The position numbers were made by a program, and so were the translations under genes. DNA of 62,665 bases, filler included. It is 6 parts of 6 records of this genome, joined end to end, with 100 filler letters (N's around TTAATTAATTAA, not from the genome) between each part and the next. Parts side by side here need not be neighbours in the genome. Positions count along the whole stretch, not along the records: positions 1 to 7,683 come from SRR31147125_34479; positions 7,784 to 17,691 come from SRR31147125_34526; 4 more parts are not named here. One strand, given 5' to 3'. Position 1 is the stretch's first letter. Each line of letters opens with the position of its first letter. Shown in pieces: positions 1 to 9,842 of the stretch. Below the pieces are notes generated by a model. The model did not search any database, was not told the DNA's origin, and saw nothing but the letters and a program-made list of their open reading frames with translations.

Positions 1-4
1 TAAA

Positions 5-30
5 AGATTCCGAAACGAGTTCGGAATGAC
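5..30. repeat. REP-like palindrome AGATTCCGAAACGAGTTCGGAATGAC
   Basis: Stem ATTCCGAA/TTCGGAAT followed by GAC, downstream of tatD. It resembles Bacteroidota intergenic palindromic repeats; only one copy is in the window. Confidence 0.5.
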
Positions 31-59
31 ACCCCCGAACTATCAAGCACGACAAAACA

Positions 60-749
60 TTAGGAGCGTCCGGTGATAAGCGTTTTTTCAATACGGTTAA
101 AATTTTCCCAAACTGCTTCTTTGAGCTCATCTAAAGAGATTTCCTTCAGTTTTGCACCTTGCTTATATATTTCTTCTACTTCAGTTTCTGATTCATCAGT
201 TTCGAAAAATAGCATATCAAGAGGAAGGTATTTGAACGACTCAGCCACTTTTGAGTTCTCGCGAAAAATATTTTGTCCGAATGAAAATAAAAATCCTTTA
301 TCTACCAATTGTTTGGTCATTTCGAGACTTCCGTTGTACCCATGCATTATCCATGGCATTGCCGGTTTCATTTTATTTCTAAGTTCAATAACCTCATTCA
401 GTGCCTTTACACAATGAATAATTAAAGGGTACTCGTATTCTTCAGCAATAACAACTTGTGCCTCGAACACACGTTTTTGCTCAGCGAAGTCATTATCAAT
501 AATTTTATCGAGACCTGCTTCGCCAACAAAAATTACATGGTCGAATTCCAAAGCTTCTTCCACCATTTGAAGTGCCTCGTTATTCTCTTCTTTTGTGCCA
601 ATATGCCAGGGATGCAGCCCCACCGAATAAAAGTTACGACCGGAGAAAGCAGCAAATCCATCGCCAGGATATATATTCTGAACGGTTATGGTATTTGTTT
701 CTTTACGAAAAGGATGTGTGTGAATATCTATAAAGGGAATTGGATTCAT
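60..749 (-). CDS. tatD: TatD family deoxyribonuclease
   Basis: DIHTH, GLHPW, VGEAGLD, IIHCV, HGY and FETD motifs. Confidence 0.9.
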   Translation of the reverse strand: MNPIPFIDIHTHPFRKETNTITVQNIYPGDGFAAFSGRNFYSVGLHPWHIGTKEENNEALQMVEEALEFDHVIFVGEAGLDKIIDNDFAEQKRVFEAQVVIAEEYEYPLIIHCVKALNEVIELRNKMKPAMPWIMHGYNGSLEMTKQLVDKGFLFSFGQNIFRENSKVAESFKYLPLDMLFFETDESETEVEEIYKQGAKLKEISLDELKEAVWENFNRIEKTLITGRS

Positions 750-784
750 AGTAAGATAAGCGTACTAATTTTTAAAATAAAAAA

Positions 785-824
785 TCAGCAGATGACCATG
801 TGCTAAATAAGAATCATCTGCTGA
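785..824 (-). terminator. Intrinsic terminator after elbB
   Basis: Inverted repeat TCAGCAGATGA/TCATCTGCTGA, followed by a T-run on the minus strand. Confidence 0.7.
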
Positions 825-830
825 AAATGC

Positions 831-1478
831 CTAGGCTAATTCTATAACTTTTGCAACCACATTGTTTGCACCTTCGGCAATTTGGGCAATATTGGCATCG
901 AGCATATAACAAGGCGTTGTAATTACTTTGTATTTCTCATCAACCACAATTTCTCCGTGATTCGTATTAACGTGCGAAGCTCCCAAAGATTCGATAGCAT
1001 CGGCAGTTCCCTTATCTTGCCCAATGGTTACTTTAACATCGCCCAGTACTTTAGCAATCAAAGCCGGAGAAATACATAGTGCACCAACAGGCTTTTCGGC
1101 TTCCACAGTAGATTTTATAGCTTTCTCAACATCGGGGTTTACTTTGCAATCGGGACCATCGAAAGCAAAAGTGCAGAGGTTTTTTGCAGCACCAAATCCT
1201 CCCGGGAAAACGATAGCATCAAAATCATTGACATTATATTCCGAAAGTGCTTTGATATTGCCGCGTGCAATTCGGGCAGCTTCTACCAAAACATTTCTGG
1301 TGTCTGCCATTTCTTCACCTGTAATATGATTTATTACGTGAGCCTGATTAACATCGGGAGCAAAGCACTGGTATTCGGCACCTTGCTGTGCAATTGCCAA
1401 TAAAGTTAAAGTAGCCTCGTGAATTTCGGCACCATCAAATACACCGTTTCCGGCTAAAACTACTGCTATCTTTTTCAT
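831..1478 (-). CDS. elbB: ElbB/ES1-like glyoxalase (DJ-1/PfpI superfamily)
   Basis: GNGVFDGAEIHEA, NVLVEAARIARG, PGGFGAAKNL, CISP and TTPCYM motifs. Confidence 0.92.
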   Translation of the reverse strand: MKKIAVVLAGNGVFDGAEIHEATLTLLAIAQQGAEYQCFAPDVNQAHVINHITGEEMADTRNVLVEAARIARGNIKALSEYNVNDFDAIVFPGGFGAAKNLCTFAFDGPDCKVNPDVEKAIKSTVEAEKPVGALCISPALIAKVLGDVKVTIGQDKGTADAIESLGASHVNTNHGEIVVDEKYKVITTPCYMLDANIAQIAEGANNVVAKVIELA

Positions 1479-1577
1479 TCTATCTTGCTTTTATATGTTT
1501 CTAACTCAAAGTTAAGGGATAAAAAGAAAAGATGGAAGTGTTAAGTAGCGAATGATGCTTATATGTTGAAAACATAA

Positions 1578-1607
1578 AAGAACTCAGCCAATTCTGACGG
1601 AGTTCTT
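1578..1607 (-). terminator. Probable intrinsic terminator after the M49 peptidase
   Basis: AAGAACTC...GAGTTCTT inverted repeat about 30 bp after the stop. Confidence 0.5.
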
Positions 1608-1637
1608 AGAAAATTATGATATAAAAATCGTGATTAT

Positions 1638-3288
1638 CTATAATCCAAGAACTTCTGCTCCTTGTTCGAATATAATATCGCGTGGTATTCCTGCTTCTCC
1701 AATACGATCTAAGTCAGCTTGCAGAGCTTCGCGTATAAATCCTTTTTCCTTCAACATTGCTTTTGCTGTTTCGTAATCGCCATCGCCCTGAATTTTAAGA
1801 ATAGTATCAGAGAGGTCGAACATTGCTTTTTTCATTTTTTCGAAATCAACACGATAAGTTCCGGTAGCTTCGTCGCGGGCAAATGCTCCTGTTTTATGGA
1901 AATAATAAAAGCGCATCATATTTGCTTTTCCGTGGGCACTGGCAGCTCCAAAACGTACCGAGCGGAAAATACCTGCCATAAATGTAACAAAGTTGTCCAT
2001 CATGTCTTTGTCGCCAAGCTCTCCCATTTCGTTTAGTTTGTAAACACACCACAAACCAAGAATGTCGGCTTTTCCTTCTTCAATCGATGTATAAACATCT
2101 TTCAAGGCTTCGCGAACAGTTGCACTTTCATCTACGGTATTTCCAAGACCAAGGCCGTGAGCCACTTCGTGAAACATTGTATTTTCGAAGAAAGCGTCGA
2201 ATTTAACGTGTTTACGCTGGTCATCGGCGATCAACAGTTCTGAAATGGGAACCAATATTTTATGGAATTTAGCCTGCATTGAGTTTTTCAACTGCAATTT
2301 GCGGCTTCCTTTTGTTTCGCGAACCACTTCGTCGTTGGGCAGGTTAATGGCAATGGTTTTACTTCCTGCATTACAATCGCCGGCATAATAAATAGCGTCG
2401 TATACATTCATATCCGAATCCATTCCGGGAGTTTCGTCCTTGTACTTAAGCTCGCAAGGAAGATCTTTTTGTAAGCCCGGCAATAAAGCAGCATATTTTT
2501 CAAGTTTTTTACTCCAAACTTTGTCTTTTATCAAGATAAACGATTCGTGAGCGGCTTTGTAACCATACATTTGATCTTCGTAATTTTCAATGGGGCCAAT
2601 AATAAACTCGATGGTATTATTTTTCATCTCCATCCAGGCCACATCGCTATCAAAATATTCGTCGGTAAGCAATGCTTTCGAACGTTCTTGAGTATTTTTT
2701 CAGGCCAGAATCTTCGGCTAATTCAGCTGCTTTTACTAAAAAAGTGGCAGCCTTTTTTGTTTGCTCTTCAAAAGCAATATGGTAAGGAATTGATTGCAAC
2801 TTACGGTCTTCTCCCCTTCGGATTAAGGTGTAAAGGTTGGTTTTAGCATCGTCTTGCCATATTTCAAATTCTTCCTTTGTCATATCAGCCGGATAAAAAT
2901 TGGCACCGGCTGGTTTTGCTCCGTAACCTTTTAAAAATGGTTCGTTTGCATTTAACCGTTCCCACGGACCAAAATTTAAATTTATAAACTTCCGGGTATA
3001 TTCATCCCAATCTTTTCCGCAGAGTTCTTCTTTATTTCCGAAAGCTTCTTCCCAATAAATTTCTTCCATCAATTTTGCAGCTTCCAGTAAAAGCGGCAAC
3101 ATTTGTTTTTCTTTTTCAGTAAGAACGCTTAAATCGGCAGTTAACTTAAACGTTGCAAACTCATCAGCTTTCTTTTTAATTTTCTGATTTATTTCCATTT
3201 TCTTTTCTTGTTTTGCTTCTTTTTTTGTGGATGTTGTGCAGCTAAATGCTATTGCAACCACAATTAATAGTAACAGTACATTTTTCAT
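1638..3288 (-). CDS. Dipeptidyl-peptidase III (M49) lipoprotein, split by a frameshift near 2690
   Basis: ORFs 2650-3288 and 1638-2672 overlap and read as one protein (..GLKKY / ERSKALLTDEYF..). Lipobox AFSC, HEVAHGLG and EEGKAD zinc motifs, IAINLPND. Confidence 0.85.
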
Positions 3289-3365
3289 TTGTGTGAATTT
3301 TTATTTACCTCAAAACTATAAAAGTTCAGCATAACTTTTTATGATTTTTAGAAGCCTAATTCATT

Positions 3366-4562
3366 TTATCGCATATACGGATTCTCGTACCAAACCACAC
3401 CCAATCCTTCGCTGTTTTTTCCATTATTTTCTTCGCAAATAAGAATATCCAAATCGCCATCTTTATCTAAATCAATAAGTTCAACCTTGTCGTATTTTGC
3501 CTTTAAAACACCGGCTATACTTTGCCAATCCGACTCTTGTGCCGAATTTATATTTCGTCCATCGAGCCAAATTAGTGCGTCCTTTTCTTCTTTTAAGGTA
3601 TTGGTGCTCACCACTAAATCAATTCTTCCGTCGTTGTTAATATCACCGGTTTCAACCGATTTGGCAAATCCTGTGTTACCTGGCAAGAGCACGGTTTCTT
3701 TCGTCCATTTGTTATTATTCTTTCTGAATATCAAAACAGAATTGTCAGTTCTTTCTGCAAGCAATACTTCCTTTGTGTTATCGCCACCAATATCACAAAT
3801 ACACATAAACATTACTTCCAGTTTTTCTGCTCCAATAAAATAATTTTGCCAAGGTTTATTCTGTTCTTCGAAATCTCCGGGATTTTCCAACCATCGGCAA
3901 CCACGAAGTTTTCCATTTCGATCAGTAATTAGCAAATCCAAATCACCATCGTTATCCATGTCTTCTCTTATAATCGACATTATCCACCCAACTTTCGAAA
4001 TTTCATGCCATTTCCAGTCATCCAGATTATTTGCCTTTTCGGGAGCCTCGAACCAGCCCAAAGCAGCATTTTCCCCTTTTCCTGCGGCAACAAGGTCTGT
4101 TCCATATTTTCCATCAACTTGCATTGGTTGGGCATACATCCAGCTCATGACTCCATCCGATGCCGGAAGCACTACCTGTTTCCAATTTCCTTCGTTTTGC
4201 AATTCCGGCGTTCTGTTATAATGAATAAAAATCTTCTGCGAATTGTTTTCGGTACAACTAACGACATCTAATTTTCCATCAGTGTCCATATCTGCAAATA
4301 CAGCATCTTCTACACTCGGAGTTTTTCCCACAACAACGTTGGGCCATTTTTCTTTAATATTTTCGAGTTGAGGTTGTAGATAAATTTTGGTTTCCCCGCT
4401 CTCTTCCCATCCGGTAGTAATATCCAGCTTTCCATCGCTATTTATATCCGCTAATTTTACACCATCGGCACCGCTGCCAATATTGTCGATAACATGATAG
4501 CAGGAGACTTGCGAGAATGAGAGAAAAGGCATCAATAAAAATAAAACGATTAGAGATTTCAT
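3366..4562 (-). CDS. Secreted FG-GAP/VCBS repeat protein
   Basis: Signal peptide and repeated DxNxDGxxD Ca-binding motifs. Confidence 0.8.
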   Translation of the reverse strand: MKSLIVLFLLMPFLSFSQVSCYHVIDNIGSGADGVKLADINSDGKLDITTGWEESGETKIYLQPQLENIKEKWPNVVVGKTPSVEDAVFADMDTDGKLDVVSCTENNSQKIFIHYNRTPELQNEGNWKQVVLPASDGVMSWMYAQPMQVDGKYGTDLVAAGKGENAALGWFEAPEKANNLDDWKWHEISKVGWIMSIIREDMDNDGDLDLLITDRNGKLRGCRWLENPGDFEEQNKPWQNYFIGAEKLEVMFMCICDIGGDNTKEVLLAERTDNSVLIFRKNNNKWTKETVLLPGNTGFAKSVETGDINNDGRIDLVVSTNTLKEEKDALIWLDGRNINSAQESDWQSIAGVLKAKYDKVELIDLDKDGDLDILICEENNGKNSEGLGVVWYENPYMR

Positions 4563-4629
4563 AGAATAGATTTAGCTTTTGCCCATAAAATTATTACTAT
4601 TTTTAAATCGAGCTAAAAAAAATGAGATT

Positions 4630-5184
4630 ATGATTACAAGAGAAGAAGCGTTGGCTTTGCTAAAAGAGAATGTAAAATCTGAAAATATGCTGAAACATTC
4701 TTATGCGTCGGAAGCAGTTTTAAGGGGAATGGCCAAACGTTTGAACCGCGATGAAAGTGAATGGGGCATTGCCGGATTGTTACACGATATTGATGTGGAA
4801 ATAACCAAAGCCGATCCGTATACACATGGTCCGTATGCAGAAAATCTTTTAGAAGGAAAAGTAAGCGACGAAATGCTGGACGCCATTGTTATGCACAACG
4901 AAATAGCCACAGGAAAAGAACGCACTTCTGAATTTCAGCATGCACTGGCAGCCGGCGAAACCATTACCGGATTAATAACAGCCACTACTTTGGTGTATCC
5001 CGATAAAAAAATTGCCAGTGTAAAGCCCAAATCGGTTACCAAACGCATGAAACAAAAAGCATTTGCAGCTTCGGTTAAACGCGAAAATATTTTGGAATGT
5101 GAAAAAATTGGAATTCCACTTGCCGAATTCGCTGAACTTTCGATTAATACTATGCGCGAAATAAGCGACGAACTTGGATTATAA
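4630..5184 (+). CDS. HD/HDIG domain phosphohydrolase
   Basis: KHS...GLLHDID motif and AFAASVKRE; likely start MITREEAL at 4630. Confidence 0.85.
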   Translation: MITREEALALLKENVKSENMLKHSYASEAVLRGMAKRLNRDESEWGIAGLLHDIDVEITKADPYTHGPYAENLLEGKVSDEMLDAIVMHNEIATGKERTSEFQHALAAGETITGLITATTLVYPDKKIASVKPKSVTKRMKQKAFAASVKRENILECEKIGIPLAEFAELSINTMREISDELGL

Positions 5185-6177
5185 CGATTCCCTTTGAATA
5201 AACTTTGTAGATAATATTTCGGCAACGGGCTGTTTATTTTTAACAAATTCGGCAGCCTTGCATCCCATTAATCCAAAATCGGTGGTAATTACACTAACTC
5301 CCCCACCTACAATTTGTTTCATGGGTGTGTCGTTGTACGAAAGAATGCCAACATCTTTTCCCAATTCGAATTTTTGCTCGCGGCACGTTTTAATTACATC
5401 AACCAAATCGGCATCGCGAATTACAAAATATGCCTGTCCTTTTGATATTTCGTAAGGGACAACTCTTTTTGTTTGGCTAAACTTAATTTTATATTTCCTG
5501 CAAAAATCTTTAACAGCATCTACAATAACATGAGGGTGTGGCGTGTTATTTTCAGCATAAACCAGAACCACTTCATTGTATTTCTTTAGTTTTTCGGCAC
5601 CATCTTCCAAACAACTTTTAACACTCTTCGAGAAGTCCTGTAAAAGGTAATTCATCTTTTCTTCTTCCGGTTTTCCCATGTCGAGAATCAGCAATTTATT
5701 CGGGTCTATTTTATCAAGAATGGGCTCAATGCTGTTGTGTTTTATATTCATTACCACGTACATACTGTATCGCCCCCTACTGTTTTCGATAAGTTGATTA
5801 AACACATCGGGATTGTAATGATGAAACATGAGATCGACCGAATAAGCCTCGGGCAGGTTTTGGCGAAAAGCTTGGTAAAGCTGCTCTTTAAATGCGCTGA
5901 AATCGTCGAGTAAAACAAAAACATTATACGATTCGTTAGCTACAAAATATCCTTTTGTTGGTGCCGACTCTACAACATTGCGTTGTTTTAAAATATTGTA
6001 AGCTTTAAAAACGGTATCGCGCGAAAAACCGGAATCTTTACTAAGCTGATTAACCGAAGGCAAGGCATCGCCTGCTTTTAATTCGCCGTTGCCAATCGCC
6101 TCGGTAATTGAATGTACCAACTGCTGTAACTTGGTCTGTCCGGCTGATTGTTTTATTATGATTGAAGGTCTTACCAT
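5179..6177 (-). CDS. GntR family regulator with periplasmic-binding-like C-terminal domain (FucR-like)
   Basis: wHTH LPSVNQL..SRDTVFKAY..GYFV, C-terminal SYNDTP. Lies near fucI. Confidence 0.85.
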   Translation of the reverse strand: MVRPSIIIKQSAGQTKLQQLVHSITEAIGNGELKAGDALPSVNQLSKDSGFSRDTVFKAYNILKQRNVVESAPTKGYFVANESYNVFVLLDDFSAFKEQLYQAFRQNLPEAYSVDLMFHHYNPDVFNQLIENSRGRYSMYVVMNIKHNSIEPILDKIDPNKLLILDMGKPEEEKMNYLLQDFSKSVKSCLEDGAEKLKKYNEVVLVYAENNTPHPHVIVDAVKDFCRKYKIKFSQTKRVVPYEISKGQAYFVIRDADLVDVIKTCREQKFELGKDVGILSYNDTPMKQIVGGGVSVITTDFGLMGCKAAEFVKNKQPVAEILSTKFIQRESL

Positions 6178-7412
6178 TAAAATGCTGCTTTTATATCGGC
6201 TAAAGTAATATTAAATATTTGCTTACAAAGCTCATCTAAATCTTCGTCGGTGCCTACAAAATGTATGGTCGATTGTTTATGAATTGTGCTCTGCCCGCTA
6301 TTTAATTTCAAGGCCGGCGAAGAAGTTTCCAATTCATAAAAAGGCCCCATTTGAGAACCATCTTCCAACGGGCCATCGTTGTACGAGTTAATGGCGTCGC
6401 CTTTATATGGCTCATCCTGTAATTCCCAGGCCGAATTTACATAATCGGTTTCACCTTCAACCATGTCGCATTTAAGTACCGTTAGTACTTTATTTATTGC
6501 GTCGTAGCTTCCTAAAACAGGTAAAGCACGTTGCGGCGGAACACCAATTTTACCACGTTGTTTTCCATCGCCTTTAAAATAAACCATACCCTCTTTTACA
6601 AGCAATCTGTCTGCAGGTATTTTTCCAAAGTAATCGTCTTTTATTATATAATCCGATTCGGCTTCGGTTTTATAAGGAACAAAAATTGTAATTTCTTCCG
6701 ATGGATTAAACATCCCCAGCAACCAAACAGAAAGTAAACCACTCTCCTTTTTCCAATCTTCATTTCCGGTGTTAGTAATCTGGTTTTTAGTTTCGTAGCC
6801 AACCGTTTTAATTTTATCACTGTACGTTACTTCAAGATTATTTTTAATCTCGTTATCCGACAGTAAAATTACAGAACGTTGTACATTTAATTTGAATTCG
6901 AAATTACTGTAATTCTTAAGTTGAAACGTTTTTTCGAACACGGCTGATTTTTCATTTGCCGATTTTAAATCAAAGGCTTCGGTGTCGATACAAGCCGGTA
7001 CCTGCCAATCAGCAAAATCAAAATTACTACCGTTGGGGAAGAAAATAGAAAATTGCCCTCCTTCGGGCCCCAGCCAAAAACGTTCTTCGCCACCAAACGG
7101 ATGAAACTGCTTTAATTTTTCGCCCGAAGCCAGCAATTCATGATTTATCCATCCGAAACTTGCACCCGACTCTCCTTCTGCAGAACTGGTCATTACTCTT
7201 CCCTGAAGTTCGGGAGAAATTAAAACACGCGCATCGTTTAGTTTTAATTCAACCGGATTGGTGTGTTTATTTAACAATTCAGAATCGAAACCATAGGTTC
7301 CTTTTTTAGATATTTCCATTTCTGTAGAAGATTTAGTTTTTGTTTTGCACGAAAATAATCCGACGCAAAAAATTGGGATAAAAAACAGGAGTAAAGCTTG
7401 TTTGATGTACAT
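6177..7412 (-). CDS. DUF6786-like lipoprotein
   Basis: Lipobox LFSC; GRVMTS, GGEERFWLGPEGGQFS and FYELETSSPA motifs. Its stop overlaps the GntR start (TAATG). Confidence 0.65.
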   Translation of the reverse strand: MYIKQALLLFFIPIFCVGLFSCKTKTKSSTEMEISKKGTYGFDSELLNKHTNPVELKLNDARVLISPELQGRVMTSSAEGESGASFGWINHELLASGEKLKQFHPFGGEERFWLGPEGGQFSIFFPNGSNFDFADWQVPACIDTEAFDLKSANEKSAVFEKTFQLKNYSNFEFKLNVQRSVILLSDNEIKNNLEVTYSDKIKTVGYETKNQITNTGNEDWKKESGLLSVWLLGMFNPSEEITIFVPYKTEAESDYIIKDDYFGKIPADRLLVKEGMVYFKGDGKQRGKIGVPPQRALPVLGSYDAINKVLTVLKCDMVEGETDYVNSAWELQDEPYKGDAINSYNDGPLEDGSQMGPFYELETSSPALKLNSGQSTIHKQSTIHFVGTDEDLDELCKQIFNITLADIKAAF

Positions 7413-7438
7413 TTTAGGTTGATTAAATTAAATAAAAA

Positions 7439-7464
7439 AGTCACCCGGAAAAAACCGAGTGACT
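7439..7464 (-). terminator. Intrinsic terminator after fucI
   Basis: AGTCACCCGG-AAAAAA-CCGAGTGACT hairpin followed by TTTTT on the minus strand. Confidence 0.75.
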
Positions 7465-7481
7465 AAGTTAATTAATTTATA

Positions 7482-7682
7482 CTATTTATAAATCGGTCCA
7501 AAATTTTCGCAGGCTCTGTAATCCGAACCTTCTTTATCTTCGCCAAATGCACTCCAGGCACTCGGACGGAAAATATTGTCTTTATCAACATTGTGCATAC
7601 AAACCGGAATACGAAGAATTGAAGCCAGTGTAATTAAATCGGCACCAATGTGTCCGTATGAAATTGCACCGTGGTTAGCTCC
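7482..7682 (-). CDS. fucI: L-fucose isomerase, C-terminal fragment (contig edge)
   Basis: Manual translation (absent from the ORF track): [32 protein letters not shown]...[10 protein letters not shown]...[13 protein letters not shown]. Confidence 0.92.
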   Translation of the reverse strand, partial: GANHGAISYGHIGADLITLASILRIPVCMHNVDKDNIFRPSAWSAFGEDKEGSDYRACENFGPIYK

Positions 7683-7683
7683 C

Positions 7684-7783
7684 NNNNNNNNNNNNNNNNN
7701 NNNNNNNNNNNNNNNNNNNNNNNNNNNTTAATTAATTAANNNNNNNNNNNNNNNNNNNNNNNNNNNNNNNNNNNNNNNNNNNN
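7684..7783. other. Synthetic contig linker
   Basis: N44-TTAATTAATTAA-N44, giving stops in all six frames. Confidence 0.98.
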
Positions 7784-7998
7784 TTTTTCGAGCTGGTTGG
7801 GATTGTGTCAATCTCAATACACAAGTAATTACAGTGAGTTACGAATCATGGGGGTGTTTGAGTAGTCTCTGTCATTTGCTCCGAATTTACGAGAAATCTG
7901 GACAAATCAGCGGGAAAGGCGAGATTTTTTAAGAATGCACGAAAAAAAGAGATTTTTGTATTTTTACATTTACAAAAAAAGAATGAAATTTTAGGAAC

Positions 7999-9827
7999 TT
8001 AGCCAACCAATGTTTTTGTGTTTAAAGAATCGGAATTTTCCATAGGAATTGAAACGACGATCAAAGTTTCGTTTTCTTTTCTTTTGTGCTCCATTTTGCC
8101 GGAATGTTCGGCGATTATGTGGTGACAAAATGAAAGTCCCAGACCTTTGTGAGTTCCTGGTTCACTTGAATAAAATGGATCATAGATTTTCTGTCGTTTT
8201 CTTCTGAAATTCCAGGTCCGTTGTCTTTGATTGTGATATCCAGCATGCGTCTGTTGTGAATAAGTTGCCGATATTCCACAATAATTTGAACTTCAGGTTT
8301 TGCTTTTTCAGATTTTATTGCCCAGTAAGTTGCGTTGTCAATCAAGTGCAGAAATAGCTGCGTCATGGTTTTCTTGTTGCAAGTTATCATGGGCATCATT
8401 TCTGGATATTTAATGTCGATATTAATATTTCCGGAGTTAATTCGATCACCCAAAACAGCAAAAGATGGATCGATCAATTCGCTTAATTCGACTCGCGTTT
8501 TATCAGAATCTTCACCTTCAATTCCAACCACGCCGTCGATAAGTGATTGTAATGACTCGATTATCTCAGATTGCGCGTCTTTTGAATCTTCTTCGATATT
8601 TGCAAGATCAAGATGCTTTTGAGTTTGCGTTGAAAAGACTTTGATTATTTTTGACTGAAGATCGGCAAGTGCTACGAGTTTGTCTGATTTTTTCAGATTT
8701 TCTTTTGTCTGGACATGCTCATGGACATCTCGCAGATAAACAAGAATTCCGGTCTGTCCAAGTTCAGCATCGATTATAACTGGTTGAATTTCCTGATGTT
8801 TTAATTCATTTTTATAATCTTTGACTTTGATGAGTTTTGGCTGGATTTTTCCTTTGTTTTCCAAAAGATTTGAAATATCGGAAACAACAGTCGGCCTGTC
8901 TGATGGATCAATTATTCGAGTGTAATGCAAGTCTTTATCAAGAGAAACAGAAAAGCCTGTTAACTTTCTAAATGCTTGATTTGACTCAATAATAAAGCCA
9001 TTTGTGTTCATGATAAACACAGCGTCAGGAAGCATTTTTGTCAAATGCTCGTATTTTGTTTTTGTATAATGCAGAGATCTTGTTAAAAGGTCGATACTTT
9101 TGAAGATGTCGAGAGTTGCTCGCGATTGTAAATTGCCTTTGCTGTCTTTTTTAATATAAAAGGAAATTACAGGTGTCATGAGAGCGATCGTCGCAATTTT
9201 GACAGACATTTGAACAAAAAGCGATCCTAAGCTGTTGAAATTGCCGGAGGTTGTGCCCACTGTAAAAACTAAAGAATCAACGATTAGAGCGCAAGCCAGA
9301 GCGAAAAAAAGCATAAATCCATATGACAATCTGGTCGTGTTGTTTTGCAGGAATTGATAAACGATAATCGCGACAAACATATCGATAAAAAAGGCAATGG
9401 ATGACCAAAAAGTCGCTTTAAAATGAATCGAAGTGAACGATTCTGGCAAAGAATAGATAAAAGGTGGCGAGATAATTAATAAAAGATATGTCAATCCTTC
9501 AATTATTAAAAACAATCCCTGCAATGCGACAATGGAAAGAATCAATCTTCTCGCCATACGCACTCCGTCGGAGATGTAAACGACAAGCAATGTCGTAAAA
9601 ATCGCTGGAAAGTAAATCACCGAAGATGCTGGAACTTTCAATCCGCCGATTGCGAGAACATCGAGCTGCAATCTTGTGACCCACCACATGTAAATGATAA
9701 GTCCACCAAGAAGCGTGAAATATAAATCAAGACCGTATTTACGTCGAACCTTATGCGCACCTAAAAGAGCGAAAACAATTCCGTAAGCTTGTAAAAAAAG
9801 AAGCAGTAATCTTGTTACGGTTTCCAT
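7999..9827 (-). CDS. Membrane sensor: VUT/YhhQ-like TM domain + PAS + degenerate HisKA + HATPase; frameshift near 8188
   Basis: About 7 TM helices, PAS (LPDAVFIMNTNG..NQAF), N box (LIDNA) and G1 box (DNGPGI). The alternate frame continues IYDPFYSSEPGTHKGLGLSFCHHIIAEHSG to a stop at 7999. Confidence 0.75.
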
Positions 9828-9842
9828 GGCGATTGTGTCTTT

